Positions 43,838 to 57,994 of a stretch of 64,000 nucleotides of DNA are shown piece after piece. The notes beneath the pieces were generated by a model. That model saw nothing but the letters and a program-made list of their open reading frames with translations, was not told where the DNA came from and made no database searches. The first letter of the stretch is position 1. Each line of letters starts with the position of its first letter. Position numbers and translations under genes: made by a program. Source of the stretch: Octopus vulgaris (Eukaryota); NCBI GenBank assembly GCA_951406725.2, contig OX597833.1:35712001-35776000 (forward strand), in the 5' to 3' direction.

Positions 43838-44560
43838 ATACATATATTGTATGTATTTATGCATGCAGGAATCTTTCCTGGGAAACACAGAACTGAATGC
43901 ATAAACGTATATATTTCTTTTCGTTTGCAAAGTTATGTGCATCAGCGCCCAAGAGTTTCGTGTTTTGCATATACCAAAGTAAATTGTAATTGAAGTTAGT
44001 TGCATAAAAGCAATTAATGAAGTTTTTCGTTCCTTGACCTACTTACGTAAATTGCAGACGAAATAGCGGGTCATTTGTTAATTACGATACATCCTCTAGA
44101 GACGGAGAAAAATTTTGATAAATCAAGAATTTTGGGTTTAAAGTATTTAACATACCGCTACTTGTCTATGTTATTGAAACAGATGCAACAAGCTATTTTG
44201 AACTTTTTCTTTTTTTTTTCTTTTTTATCATTGTTGCTTGAATTATGTAAATTATCTAGGCCGTTACTGTTTCGACTCTGTATACATTTAATTCCTTTGG
44301 CTATAGGAGATAAAGTTGGACAATTGTCGTGCAGATGAAGGTTATTGGGTCAGAAACACATTACGATGACTGTCTGTTATCGCAACACAATAAGCCCCTT
44401 GACTTAATGATGTGTCAGTTTGAGAGCTTCTTTTAATTTTGAGATTGTCTGACAATCTCCAGCTATTTTGTAATTATGATCAACCACTAGATGAAGAGAT
44501 GATTTTAATAAGTCAAAACTTTAATTGTAAGGTATTTACCATACCTGTATTAGTCTATGT

Positions 44561-44892
44561 GTGAAGGCGCCTTGCTTTGTGGTTAGAGCGTCGAACTTAC
44601 GATGGTGAAATTGTGAGTTCGAATCCCGGACTGGGCTGCGTGTTGTATTCTTGAGCAAGACACTTTATTTAACGCTGCTCCAGTTCACTCAGCTGTAGAA
44701 ATGAGTTACGACATCACAGGTGCCAAGCTGTATCGGCCCTTTTGCCAATCCCTTGGATAACACTGGTGGAGGGGAGGCTGGTATGAATGGATGACTGCTG
44801 GTTTTCCTATAAACAACCTTGCCCGGACTTGTGCCTGGGAGGGTTACTTTCTAGATGCAATCCCATGATCAGTCATGACCGAAGGGGGTCTC
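44561..44892 (+). mobile_element. tRNA-derived SINE (family C head/core, tail variant 3)
   Basis: gtgaaggcgc..gtggttagagcg..gagttcgaatcccgg..ttgagcaagacactttattt..gctccagttcactcagctg; distinct tail ending gaccgaagggggtctc. Confidence 0.85.
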
Positions 44893-44964
44893 AGCATTAG
44901 CCTGTTATTCAAACATATGCCACTGGTCACTTTGAGTTATTTCTCTTAGTACATTTTTGTTGAT

Positions 44965-45017
<53 letters not shown>

Positions 45018-45020
<3 letters not shown>

Positions 45021-45265
45021 GCAGGCGTGACTGTGTGATAACAAGCTTGCTTCCCAACCATATATTTCTGGGTTCAGTCTTCTAAAACAAGTGTCTTCTA
45101 CAATAGCCTTAGGACAACCAAAGCCTTGTAAGTAGATTTGGTAGACAGAAACTGAAAGAAGCCCGTCGCGTGTATACATATATATATATGTGTGTGTGTG
45201 CTTGTCCCCCACTACCGCCTCGTAACCGGTGTTGGTGTGTCCACGTACCCGTATTCGGCAAAAGG
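45018..45265 (+). mobile_element. SINE family B 5' part
   Basis: gcaggcgtgactgtgtg..caagtgtcttctac..gaaactgaaagaagcccgtcg. Confidence 0.8.
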
Positions 45266-46770
45266 ATTTTTGAGCTGGATGACATTCTACACAGAGAAAT
45301 GAAAGTCAAGGTCAGTGAGGCGTATCAAAAAAGGGTGAAGATGGTGTTGAAATGCCATAAATTTGATTACCGCAATAAATATCTGAGCAGTTACGGTGGT
45401 AAGATATTATGCATCCATCCTCAAATGGACTAAGAAGGAAATATCAACCTTGGGTAGGAGAAAAAAGTTGATGGCGCTGCATGGAGCGCTACAACCTAAA
45501 ACAAACGTAAACAGACTGTATATAAAAAGAAAAAGACTGGTAGCAGAGGACTAATTAGTGTAGACCATTGTATAAGGAGTGAAAGGAGAACGCTTGTCGA
45601 GTATTTGATAAATAGTGATGAATATGCTGCAATATGCCGGGATATGCGAACCTGCAGCAATATGCCGAGAAAGATATGGCTGTAAATGCAGATGAAATGA
45701 GGGGCAAGGAAGAGTTTAACCAAAGAACTGAGGAGAAGAGAAAAGAAGACCTTCTTGGAATGAGAATGCATGGACAGTTTGAAAGGAATACGCAGGATAT
45801 TAAGGACAATACAGCATCGTGATACATGGCTTGAGCGAGGTGATTTGAAGCATATCACCGAAAGCGTGATTATTGCTGCATAAGACCAGGCTCTCGCTAC
45901 CAAGTCAGTGAAGTATAACATCCATAAAACTTCAGACACCCAGAAATGCATATTCTGTGGAAAAAGCGTAGAAAATGTGACTCACTTGATAAGTGGATGT
46001 AAGAGCCTTGCACAAAAGGAATACAAGCGCCGTCACGATAAAGTGTGCGTATACCTTCATTGGTTCTTATGCCGTAAATACCAATATGAAGTAACAGAGA
46101 ACTGGTATGAGTATGAACCAAGTAAAGTTATGCAGGAGGATGGAAAATGGAAAAGCAACGATACTCTTTGACTATGACTTTCAGACGAATCGTGTAATCG
46201 AACGCCATATTGTTATATCGAACGGATATTGTTATATTGAATAAGAGAAGCAAATACTTATTTCTTTACTGCCCACAAGGGGCTAAACACAGAGGGGACA
46301 AACAAGGACAGACAAACGGATTAAGTTGATTTTATGGACCCCAGTGTTTAACTGGTACTTATTTAATCGACCCCGAAAGGAGGAAAGGCAAAGTCGACCT
46401 CGGCGGAATTTGAACTCAGAACGTAACGGCAGACGAAATACGGCTACGCATTTCGCCCGGCGCGCTAACGTTTCTGCCAGCTCGCCGTCTTATAAGAGAA
46501 GCAAATACTATCAGATCACTGAGGTAGCCATACCAAATGACATGAATGTTGTGAGTAAAGAGGTTGAAAAAATCACCAAGTACTCTGAATTGAAAGTGGA
46601 AATGGCAAGACTGCATGGCATGCGTGAGGGTAATGTAAAAGTGATAGCAGTAGTGGGCTCAATCCCATTGAAACTTCAAGACTTCTTCAGGCAACTGGAA
46701 ATTCCATGCAAGATTGATGTCTTGCAAAAAGCAGCCTTATTAAGCACAGCGCACATCTTAAGGAAAGACT
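45266..46770 (+). mobile_element. R4/Dong-like 3' fragment (thumb, zinc knuckle, RLE), interrupted by SINE A
   Basis: MHGQF, IIAA.DQAL, CIFCGKSVENVTHLISGC..YKRRHDKV, EVAIPND..EKITKYSEL, LQKAALLSTAHILRK. Confidence 0.88.
46259..46491 (-). mobile_element. SINE family A monomer with 18-bp TSD
   Basis: ataagagaagcaaatact at 46241-46258 and 46492-46509. Confidence 0.95.
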
Positions 46771-48289
46771 CATTTTCAATTAGTTCAATTTTTCATCAGA
46801 CTGACCAGGGAGAGGATTTTTACTTAGTTTTTTTTTACTTTTCCATTTCATTTCGTTGTTATATCATTTCTGTTTTATCATTATTTATTTCTTCTTTTCT
46901 TCCGCGTAAACAGCATTCAGTTTATTTTTTATTTTCCTCATATAACTACAAAAAAGTAGTTTTGCTTTCCTGATATCTTGTATCACTGACCCTGTCACCT
47001 TATATTAAATACATTTGCTTTAAGTATTTTTCGTGGCTTAATACGATTACACTAGCAGACCTATTCTTCTTTTTACTGTAGTAGATGTCGTATTTACTTC
47101 AGCTTCAGGAGAATAAGTTCAAAATACAGTAAAAAATTTTACAAATTTTTTCTCTCTAGATTCTTCAGTTCATTTAAGTTTCAATATTAAAGCTGTGATT
47201 TATAACTGAGATGCCCTGTGTATTTGTAACTCTAACCTTATTTCTGGCAGGCACATAGTTCGGTTTATATTAGTTTGACTCTTCTGTAGAACTCTTTATT
47301 TAATTTTCTCCTTCTTCTTGTACGCTATATCTTATCAGTTTCATCTACTCCTAAGTGTTTTCTTTTACCCTTTAACTAAGTGGTTCTATTTTAATTCTCT
47401 GATTTCAGTGACAAAGTCTGAGATTAAATTTTGCACATATGTCTAGTACCATACTCCTTTAGTTATCTTTAAGTATACATACACATCATTACTAGGTTGC
47501 TGGTCTTTTTTTAGCCATAGGTCAGCTCTAGTTCTAACCATGACCATCCCGTCTTTTTTCTTGACGTTGTACATCTAAGACTACATCGTTCACAGTGCCT
47601 TTTTTTTTTCTAAGATAGCAGAAGGTGGTTTCTAGGAGATTTGGTTACGCTTTCAACTGGCTGAATGTCAGCTCGGAGATATTTTTGTATGTGTCATGAA
47701 TTCATAGGATTTCCATTTGAAATGTCTCCTGTACGTAGTTTTAATAATTCGTATGAAGAAGATGGTTTATTGATTGCTATTGTTCTTTTTTAGTCTCTAA
47801 TATAGTCTTATGATCACTCGTTTACCATTCATGAACCCCTTTCTGTATATCTAAGTCGATATTATAGAGTAAAAATATGCAAATGGGTCCAACGTCGATT
47901 TCAGCGACGATTATTTTAGTTATTTGATCAAGTACCAACTCATTGAATTACAGCGTCAAGGTACTGACTGTTCAACAGGCTCAAAACGGCGCGGTGTGTA
48001 GAAAAGCTGATCTTCTGAATATAGACAGAGTCCATTGGACAGGATTCCATGCAAATTCTATCAATAAAATTTCTCACCCAAATCGACCCAAAGCTATTAC
48101 AGAAAGAACTTCCCTAGATGCTACGCATCGCGAACGAATGAGTAGGGTGAGATTTAATAGACTTAGTATTTATTTCCAGCTGTTCGTCATATTTTGTGTA
48201 TAGGTGTTTTCGTTGCAGGAGTTATATAAACACGTGTGTGTATGTGCATGTATGTGCGTGCGTATGTGTGTGTACATGTGTCTATGTCT

Positions 48290-48490
48290 CTCTTTTACTT
48301 GTTTCATTCATTTGACTGCGGCCATGCTGGAGCACCGCCTTTAGTCGAGCAAATCGACCCCGGGACTTATTCTTTGTAAGCCCAGTACTTATTCTATCGG
48401 TCTCTTTTGCCGAACCGCTAAGTAACGGGGACGTAAACACACCAGCATCGGCTGTCAAGCAATGCTAGGGGGACAAACACAGACACACAA

Positions 48491-48541
<51 letters not shown>

Positions 48542-48662
48542 TACGACAGGCTTCTTTCAGTTTCCGTCTACCAAATCCACTCACAAGGCATTGGCCGGCC
48601 CGGGGCTATAGCAGAAGACACTTGCCCAAGATGCCACGCAGTGGGACTGAACCCGGAACTAT
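48290..48662 (-). mobile_element. SINE family B, young-looking copy lacking the extreme 5' head
   Basis: Close match to the reverse complement of 32725-33195. Confidence 0.92.
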
Positions 48663-48964
48663 GTGTGTCTGTGTGTATGCGTATGTATGTGTTCTAGTGA
48701 GAAGACGTTATCTTAAAGGATGCACTTTGGCATTGGCATTAGGTTTTTTAAATGGTCATAAATGATTGTTTTCTTTATAGTCGGCCTGATTCAGCAAGTC
48801 TATCATGATTAGAAAAATAGAAGAATATATTCATATATGCATATTCTACGCTTCATGGAGTCGTAGAGGCGTCGACGTGGCATATAGCTTGTCTTGGGTC
48901 ATTTTAAAAGGTAGCAAAGCCCATTAATCTCCCGGTCCGAACACGAACGGTCTCGCCCAGAATG

Positions 48965-50157
48965 AATAATCAAACTATGCACTAAAATATCAACAGAATT
49001 TTGCCATTTTATCGCCAGCTTATTTATGCCGGCAGCGAAGAGTTCTGGAGAGTAAGAGATGATGAAATCACGAAATGATGTTTTTCCATCTTCTTCAGAT
49101 TTGAAGTTATTTTCCTTGCAAAAAGTTGTCTAATGCCTGGAAAACATGACTGTCAGTTGGTGCAAGGTCTGGTGGAATATGGTGGATGACAGAGTACTTC
49201 CAAATTTAGTTCCTGTAACTTGAGTAGCGTTCTTTGTGCAACATGTGGTCGAGCATTGTCTTGCAGAGAATTGGCCTGTCTCTATTGACCAATGTCGGTT
49301 TTTTAATTGCAAGTTCCTTCATCATTTCATCCAACTGGTTGACGTATACATCCGCTATAATTACCAGGTCTCATGAAGTTGTAGTAGATGACACCAACAC
49401 TGGACCATCAAAAAGACACCATTAGCTTTTTTGGTGAATATTCTTTTTGAGGTTTGTGTTTTGGTACTTCGTCTCTAACCAACCACTATGCAGAACGCTT
49501 GTTATTGTTCAAAAGAACCCCTTTTTCATCACCCGTAACAATACAATGCAAAAATAGTTTGCTTTAATGCCGTGATAGCAAAGAATAGCAAGTTTCAAGA
49601 TGTCGTGTCATTTGATGCTCGTTTAGTTCGTGTGGTGCCCACTTATCCAACTTTTTTACCGTGCGGATTTATTTTAGATGGTCTAATACAGATGGAATCG
49701 AAACATCAAACCTTACTACTAACTCACGCGTAGCTTGAGATGTATCTACTTCCACTACAGTTTCCAGCTCATTGTTATCCTCCTTGGTCTCTGGTCTACC
49801 ACGGGGCTGATTTTCAAGAGTAAAGTCACCAGACCGGAAGTTCTCAAAAAATCGACGTTCAGTGCACTCATTCACCGCATCTTCACCGAACACCTCATTG
49901 ATGTTTCGAGCTGTATGGGATACATTGGTTCTACTATGGAACTCATATTCATAAACAACATGAATTTTTTATCTATCCATGGCTTCACAAAAAATTATTT
50001 ATAAAAGAAAACTGACAATATAATCAAATACCATGAATGGATTTCGGAAAGTGATGATGTAACTCTTCAATGTTGTAAAATAAAGTATTGTCAGGATAAA
50101 ACATTAGAGTTGGTGACTATCAAACCTGGTGCATAAGAACGTCGGACATTTAATTTA
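48965..50157 (-). pseudogene. Mariner transposase fossil
   Basis: FGEDAVNECTERRFFENFRSGD, GRP, LQDNARPH and HHPPY-type motifs; a matching TIR pair was not resolved. Confidence 0.88.
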
Positions 50158-50531
50158 TATATATATATATATAGGCTCTTGTGTGTGCATATATACATTA
50201 GTATGTGTGTATACGGATATGATATAATTTTGTGGAGGTGAGAGAGGGTTCGTTTATATCCCTTTAACTTTTCGGTTCGGCTAAAGAGACAAAAGTACCA
50301 GGGTCGATTCGTTCGACTAAAACTCCTCAAAGGTGGTGCACAGAATGGTTGCAAGTCCAATGTCTGAAACAAGTAAATGGTACTACAAATTTCCCTTTTG
50401 CGTAACTTGGGACATGTTTCAAAAATATGGACACTCCCCCCACCTCAATTTTCAGCTGAAAAATAAGAAAGAATATAGTTTATGAAGATTCTTATTTGAT
50501 GTAGGAGCTTATTAATGTATCCCTATTTTAA

Positions 50532-50730
50532 AGGCGCCGAGCTGGCAGAATCGTCAGAAAACCTTGCAAAATGCTTAGTGGCATTTTGTCCATTTTTATG
50601 TTCTGTGTTCAAATTCCACCGAGGTCGACTTTGCCTTTCATCCAAATGGGGTCGATAAAATAAGTACCAGCTGAATACTGGAGTCGCTGTAATTTACTTA
50701 TGTCCCTCCCCTGATATTGCTGGTCTTGTG
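50532..50730 (+). mobile_element. SINE family A
   Basis: aggcgccgagctggcagaatcgt..gttcaaattccaccgaggtcgactttgcctttcatcc. Confidence 0.85.
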
Positions 50731-50850
50731 AGATATAAATCTTTATTTCGTATCATCTTATATCCTAATATCAATCCCTATCTCGTATCATACATTGACA
50801 TTTTATTATTTAACAAGCATTATGTGGATGTGTGTATGTATGTGTGTGTA

Positions 50851-50933
<83 letters not shown>

Positions 50934-51534
50934 ACTTATACTCTTACGTTTAAATGCTGCCTTTACCGATTGCGTTTTAGAGAGTTGTATGCACAGCTTC
51001 TTTGATTTCTAGAGTTTTGATTGTTGCTTATTGCCCATAATAGAAATTTCATCCAAAAGTAGTAAATATACAATTTCTCGTTTCACGCCATGCCTGGCCA
51101 TTCTTGACTTTTAATGTTTCACCTTTGATCAGTAGTATTCCATATTGTTCTGACCTTTACCGATTGCTTAGTTTGTCTTTTGCTAGAACTTACACAAATG
51201 CATGTCATGTTAGGAATGAAATTCTATAATTCATTGAATTCTTCAATAGGTTATATTTTGTTTTAGAAATCTGTGGAGAGAATGTTGCTTGTATTGTATT
51301 TTTCTTGGGTTCTTTGCACTACGATAAACTGATTTGCAATGTTCGTTTTTCCCTCCCGCCCTCATTTCTCCCCCCCCCCTTTTCCTTTCCGTTTCCTCTC
51401 ACGTTGTTTTCTCACAGATTAAGAGAAGTATATTTGTCAGGAATTTTTGTGTAGAATTTTTGATATTTTTTCTATATTGTTTGTATTTGATCTGTCCTGC
51501 TGGACATCTAATCCTCATCTGTTTACATCTATAC

Positions 51535-51733
51535 AGGTGCAGGCCTGGCTGTGTTGTAAGACGTTTGCATCCCAACGGCATGGTTCCAAGTTCAGTCCCA
51601 CTGCACGACACATTGGCTTAGTATCTTCCACTAATAGCTCCACGCTGATCGAAGCTTTGAAAATGCATTTGCTAGACGGAAACTAAAAGAAGCCCGTCCT
51701 ATATATATGTATACACACGCACATACACACACT

Positions 51734-51808
<75 letters not shown>

Positions 51809-52412
51809 CAGTGAAAGTATATGAGCATGTATGTGCCTGTGTGTGTTTACTTATCTATCTAGCTAGCTAGTTATTTACCCGCAAAAGAAATTGATAGAAT
51901 AGGTGCTAAGCTTTAGAAAAAAGTACTGACGTCGAATCGTTCGAATAAAACCTTTAAAGTCGGTACCCCAGTATGGCTGCTGGATGGAAGCACTCCGTCA
52001 GTTACGACGACGAGGGTTCCGGTTGATCCGAATCAACGGAACAGCCTGCTCGTGAAATTAACGTGTAAGTGGCTGAGCACTCCACAGACACGTGTACCCT
52101 TAACGTAGTTCTCGGGGATATTCAGTGTGACACAGAGAGTGACAAGGCCGGCCCTTTGAAATACCGGTACAACAGAAACAGGAAGTAAGAGTGAGAGAAA
52201 GTTGTGGTGAAAGAGTACAGCAGGGATCACCACCATCCCCTGCCGGAGCCTCGTGGAGCTTTAGGTGTTTTCGCTCAATAAACACTCACAACGCCCGGTC
52301 GGGAATCGAAATCGCGATCCTATGACCGCGAGTCCGCTGCCCTAACTACTGGGCCATTGCGCCTCCACATGTATGGCTGCTATTCGATGACTGAAACAAG
52401 TAAAAGATGAAA
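51535..52412 (+). mobile_element. SINE family B host with a nested SINE in its tail
   Basis: Head 51535-51700, internal microsatellite, tail split at gtatggctgct. Confidence 0.8.
51982..52370 (-). mobile_element. tRNA-derived SINE (family D head, tail variant 2) with 11-bp TSD
   Basis: TSD gtatggctgct at 51971-51981 and 52371-52381; head gtggaggcgcaatggcccagtagttagggc, B-box atttcgattccc. Confidence 0.92.
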
Positions 52413-53794
52413 GTTTTCTGTAACTCATATATAAATGTGTGTGTACGTATGTGTGTGTGTGTCTATGATGTATGTTTATATGTTTATATGTATGTCAGTT
52501 ATGAGTGTGCATGCACGCAACGTGGACAGCCCCCCTGATCTTCGTTCGCGAAGCCGAGCCATGATACATGATGTATATATAAAGTAGTGGCGCGTGTAGC
52601 GTACTAGTGCACGAATAGTGTATACAGACACTCCCTTATTTATTAAAGTATATAGTTTGAAACGGCTGTAGTGAAACTTATCCATCTGTGCTATATATAT
52701 ATATATATATACATACATATTGTGCGTTTCAAACACTCTGAACACAGGTGTAGGCAATGCTCACGAATCTACAACTGATAGCTGCAAATAGACTAGTCCA
52801 GTGCTCTTAGCTTCGCTCATGGGGTGGTTGTCTCTCCTGTCAGCGTATATATATATATTCTACAAGTGTGCACTTCATATGCAACATTACAGCTGTAACT
52901 CTTATTTCTTGAACTCACTTCAGCCCACTCAGTCACAATTAATGACGATTGAATTTTTCCCTTATGGTCTACACGGCGCCTAGCTGCTTATATAAATTTA
53001 TAAATATATAACTTCTATATTGTTTTCAAAAGTTTCTCAAAAGAGAAAAAAAAAATTACGCTGTGAATGACAAGAGGAGATATGCTGGGAAAGAGGAGAG
53101 GAAAGAGAAATACGAACCCTTTACTCGGGGAGAGTTTTATGGCGCTTATACTAAGTCGTAAAGTTCATGGTAATATTTTTTTCAATAACCTCTGCAACAA
53201 CGACTACTAAATTCAGCAACATTAGTGATAGTAATATCAAGAGTACCAATCGATCTTGCAGCATTACAAACAACAATAGAAACAACAGCAAACAAGGGAA
53301 CAATATTTACAAAACATATATTCTAACTTCTAGTATTTACAAACATGAAAAATATTAAAAATAAACATTATTAAAGCTAAGCTCAGTTATTCTTATCATA
53401 CGGTCTACAAAGGGTGTCAATGGAAAAGTGTCTTTCCTAGGAACATAGGTATTTGGGTGTGTTTATAAACACATATGTACATTACATAAGCGTTTTTGAA
53501 TGTGTATAGATTATAAATATATGTGTATGAGTGCCTTTGTACACATCTGTACATATATTTATACAAATATGACGATATAATTATATATACAAATACATAT
53601 ATATATATAAAATAATAGGGGTGAAAAATTTTAAATAATAAGGGTGTTTTGCTCGCTTACGTTCTGGCGTTTGCTAAATTTTCTTGAGAACATTCCTTTC
53701 TTAGTGGTAAGACCATAGGGGGTCTACTTCTAGCATATGGATGTCCACCTAGTGGTCATCCACCTTATATGTATATATATGTATACATACATAC

Positions 53795-53837
<43 letters not shown>

Positions 53838-54019
53838 GTATGCGTGATTATATGTAGATATATGTTGATATCTATACATATGTGTTTACACGCACAAACA
53901 CAAACATTCATATGTACATGTACGTATATCAGTATGCGTGTAAGTATGTATACATACATACATATACATACATATATATATACATACAAACATACAAACA
54001 TACATATACATACACACAC

Positions 54020-54090
<71 letters not shown>

Positions 54091-54669
54091 AACATGAAAG
54101 AAAATGGATTCCAAACCAAATTGTGCTTGAGATAAGCCAAAATATCTCTGTATGCTGTCTTCTAAAAAGACATCAAAGAAACTGGTTTCGTTTCGTCAGT
54201 ACACCCGGCTAAACACATGTTGTGCCTGTCTGCATGTGTGTGTGAGTGTGAGTGCGATTTTGCGCGCGCGCACCTGTGTGAATGTTTACGATTTTTTTTC
54301 GCTTGTTTGCTTTAGACATTTGACACCTCACACTTGCAACCTCTATTCCCTATTCTGACATTAATACATAAATAAAATGAATAACTGCTTTCTACCCAAC
54401 GCGGCCCAAATTTAATGCCAAAAAGAAAGAACATAGAAGAGAATTAGCAGATGTCTTGAGTAGAAATAGGGGTCAAGTAAATCCCAAAACAGTCCTCGGT
54501 GAACATAAGGGTGCATATTTGATAATTCTTAGTTGTAGGATCCCCACGCCTTTCATATTGTACAAAAAACAACTCTATGGTTAAACCACATCAGTGTGAA
54601 GACGACCATGTGAAGCACTGTATTGCAGCATGTATTATGAATGAGCTCCGCTTTTCCTCGTTCTCCTCT

Positions 54670-54890
54670 TTCTCATCATCATCATCTTCTTCTTCTTCTT
54701 TCTCTTCTTCTTCTTCTTCTTCTTCTTCTTCTTCTTCTTCTTCTTCTTCGTCTTCTTCTTCTTTGTATTCTTCTTCTTTGTCCTTTTCATATTTGTTTTC
54801 AACTTCTTCTTCTTCTCTTCTTCTTCTTCTTCTTCTTCTTCTTCTTCTTCTTCGTCTTCTTCTTCTTTGTCTTTTTCATATTTGTTTTCA

Positions 54891-54921
<31 letters not shown>

Positions 54922-54930
54922 CTTCTTCGT
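54670..54930. repeat. (TTC)n tract with internal duplication of ttttcatatttgttttcaact
   Basis: Directly visible. Confidence 0.9.
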
Positions 54931-55638
54931 TCTCCTGCTTTTATTATCGCAGTTGTAGTAGTCGTCTTTTCATTGTCATATCCTCCCCTCCCCCTCCTCA
55001 TTCTCCCCCTCCTCCATATTCCTCTACTCTTCACCTCTTTCTTGTCTTTATTCTATCAAAGTGATACTCGGAGGAGTCAGTGATTGCAATAATCTACCAC
55101 ATCATTCCATCTAGGAACAATAAACGGACTTCAATTACAAATCAACAGAAATGACTAGTAACAAAAAAAGTTGCCACTGGTCATTGAACTTGAGAGACAA
55201 TGGCTACCATATCTTAAAGAAGAAATTATAACTCACCGTCTGAATGGAACTTATACCAAAATTTAATTCTATACCGAACTGGTTAGTGTCCTAGTTAATA
55301 GCGACCTCTCAAATATAAGTAAAGATCGAGGAGGTTGGCAAAGACTGGTAAATAAATGTGTCCCAGCAGCTGAAGTGCAATGGGAGGTCGACTTGATGAA
55401 TACATATACAATATACTATATTTCGATATACACATACACATGCACATATGCACGCACACACATATTCAGACGCATTCAAGTACATGTGTGTGCATGTATG
55501 TACATATATATCCACTCATACATAGATGCATACATACATCCATACATATATACATACGAACATACATATATACATACATACATACATACATACATACATA
55601 CATACATACATACATACATACATACATACATACATACA

Positions 55639-55669
<31 letters not shown>

Positions 55670-55799
55670 GGCGTCGTCATCTTGATTTCAAGCTAAACTA
55701 CTTTCCCATCGCAAGACATATGCTTGGAACAAGTTTGGTGCCAATGTGTCTTTACATGACTACATAGCCCTAATTTTATTTTAAATATATAATATAATT

Positions 55800-56712
55800 T
55801 GATCTAGAATTACACCAATAGTAACTCCGCCCTTAGCATTCACCCAATGGACTTTCAACCCAACAATAGATAAGCACACATCTGCGCATAAAGGACAGCA
55901 GTATTCCATTGGCGCTGTTGGAATGTTTGTATATAAGTACCTCTTGTTCTTCCAATGACTTTTCATTAAGGACAAATACTGACATTGGAAGTATGATGCA
56001 ACAATGAACTGCTTAGATTATTTCTGGTCTTTCTTGCAATACAATTTTAATATTCCTTCGTTTTCGGGCATTGCGTTTCACCACTTAATGCTCATTTCGA
56101 ATGTTCACAAACTACAAGCTTCTTTCCTGGTTATAGATCGTTATTAGCTTATGTTCAATACGAGATGTACTAAATGAAAAAGCTGATATTCAAGGATTTA
56201 CGGTTGTATTCCATGATATCATGATATCCTTTATAGTTTTGTGTTGAGTATACTTTGAAAGCATCAAAGGGAGTGTTTGGTGTTTGGGACTTGATACAGC
56301 AAATTTATATACTGAAATAGCCTGACTTTTCCATCAGTTCTGCTTTAGCTAGAGATTTCCAACTAGTCTTAAATATATGCATGAGACATTTATGATGAAA
56401 TCTTTATAGTATTCTGTTGTGTCGTCAATATAGACAGAGCTGTGTTGACACAAGCATCATAGATGTAGAACTTAGTAGACAGTTTCAGAGTGCGACCAGA
56501 CGCGTTTCTCTAATGACTCAAATGCTGCTTCTCAATCCACGCAAATTTCGGAATCTAAGGATCCATGCTTGGAAGCAGAACTGCCAAAACTCGCAAAAGC
56601 ATCTGCTACATTTCTTGGACAATCATATTTGGTTCCATATACGACTCTCCCAGAAGAGAGTTGTATGTGGAGCCACTGTCACGGTCACCCTCTCTCTCTT
56701 TCTTTCTCTCGT

Positions 56713-56759
<47 letters not shown>

Positions 56760-57420
56760 TCTCTCTCTCTCTCTCTCTCTCTCTTGCACTTTTAACTCCA
56801 CCCCGTCTCTCTTTTATGTTTCAATCTCTTTTGGAACTTTTACGCGTAGATTCACCATCTTCAAAACTGTGAAGCATTATGCAGTACAACAGATTATATT
56901 TCAATAAATACTTGAGATAGCGTGCTTATTTAAACGTAGCCACCTCCCTGCTGGCCATAAGGAAGCTTTTTAGATCATTGCAGTTGCTGGGACTGATACT
57001 GTTTAAAAGATAACTATAGAATAGAGAACAGGCGACTTTTTGCTTCAACAACAGTACACTACAAAATGCACACGCCACAACCTAGTAGATCTAATACCAA
57101 TGAAACCAGCACTGCATAAAGAACGACGTTTTACAATTGGTTGCACATTTATGAATATACAGAGCTTCTTGACATTCGATGCCAAGATCCTCACTCAGAA
57201 CATGAACTTTCTGCATTCTCTTGCCAGAATTCTTGAACCAATTTGCAAATACAATCACTAAAGGCATCGTCGTTGGCATTAACTCGTCTCCGAGTAGCTA
57301 AAGTGTAGCGAGTGATTAGGCCTCTTTATCCTGATGGGTGCGAATGGTGCCGGTATGTGAGATGGTTGTTCAGGCAAAGGGCGGTATAGAAGAGCAGGGG
57401 ACGAGGAAGCGCTAGTGGTC
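55800..57420 (-). mobile_element. RTE-clade LINE fossil (RT to C-terminal zinc finger), split by (CT)n
   Basis: PLLF..ANDDAF..QE (YADD region), FGSSASKHGSLDSEI..AAFESLEKRVWS, LSTK..IY.ACV, FHHKCL, CPLCADVCLSIVGLKVH. Confidence 0.78.
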
Positions 57421-57707
57421 CCTATGCCTCCCGATCTCTATTATTTTCCATCTGATTCATTCCCTTGATGCTGACGTGCAGTCACTTTAGGCTATAAAGC
57501 TTAGCAAAATTATATGTTTTTAGAAGCCCTATGTATAGGCAACCCTCTTCCATCTTTCCGTTGGAAATGGAATGGACCCGAGTTGGCTTACTGGAAACAT
57601 ATAACCAACAACGCTAATGTCCAGAAAGACATCAAATGAAATAAATTAAAACCCTCTTCCTAATGGACATGAAATGGGCAACGAGCGACTAACCTAGTAT
57701 ATTCTTA

Positions 57708-57994
57708 TCAAAGTCAGCCTCGGCGGAATTTGAACTAAGAACGTAGCGGCAGATGAAATACCTATTTCTTTACTACCCAGAAGGAGCTAAACAGAGAGAG
57801 GACAAACAAGGACAGACAAACGGATTAAGTCGATTATATCGACCCCAGTGTTTAACTGGTACTTATTTAATCGATCCCGAAAGGATGAAAGGCAAAGTCA
57901 ACCTCGGCGCAATTTGAACTCAGAACGTAACGGCAGACGAAATATGGCTACGCATTTCGCCCGGGTGCTAACGTTTCTGCCAGCTCGCTGCCTT
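57708..57994 (-). mobile_element. SINE family A, monomer plus start of a second unit
   Basis: Junction aaagaaata|ggtatttc identical to the 2500-2885 dimer. Confidence 0.9.

Noticed and set aside
46326-46973. 215-aa ORF
   Set aside because: Chance fusion of antisense SINE A, the RLE end of a dead LINE and AT-rich flank
56489-56662. Apparent 174-bp symmetric plus-strand exon (tttcag...gtatgt; ...DPCLEAELPKLAKASATFLGQSYL...)
   Set aside because: It is the antisense of an RTE RT fossil (SLDSEI..AAFESLEKRVWS), has a weak pyrimidine tract and no partner exons; only RNA-seq could rescue it as exonisation
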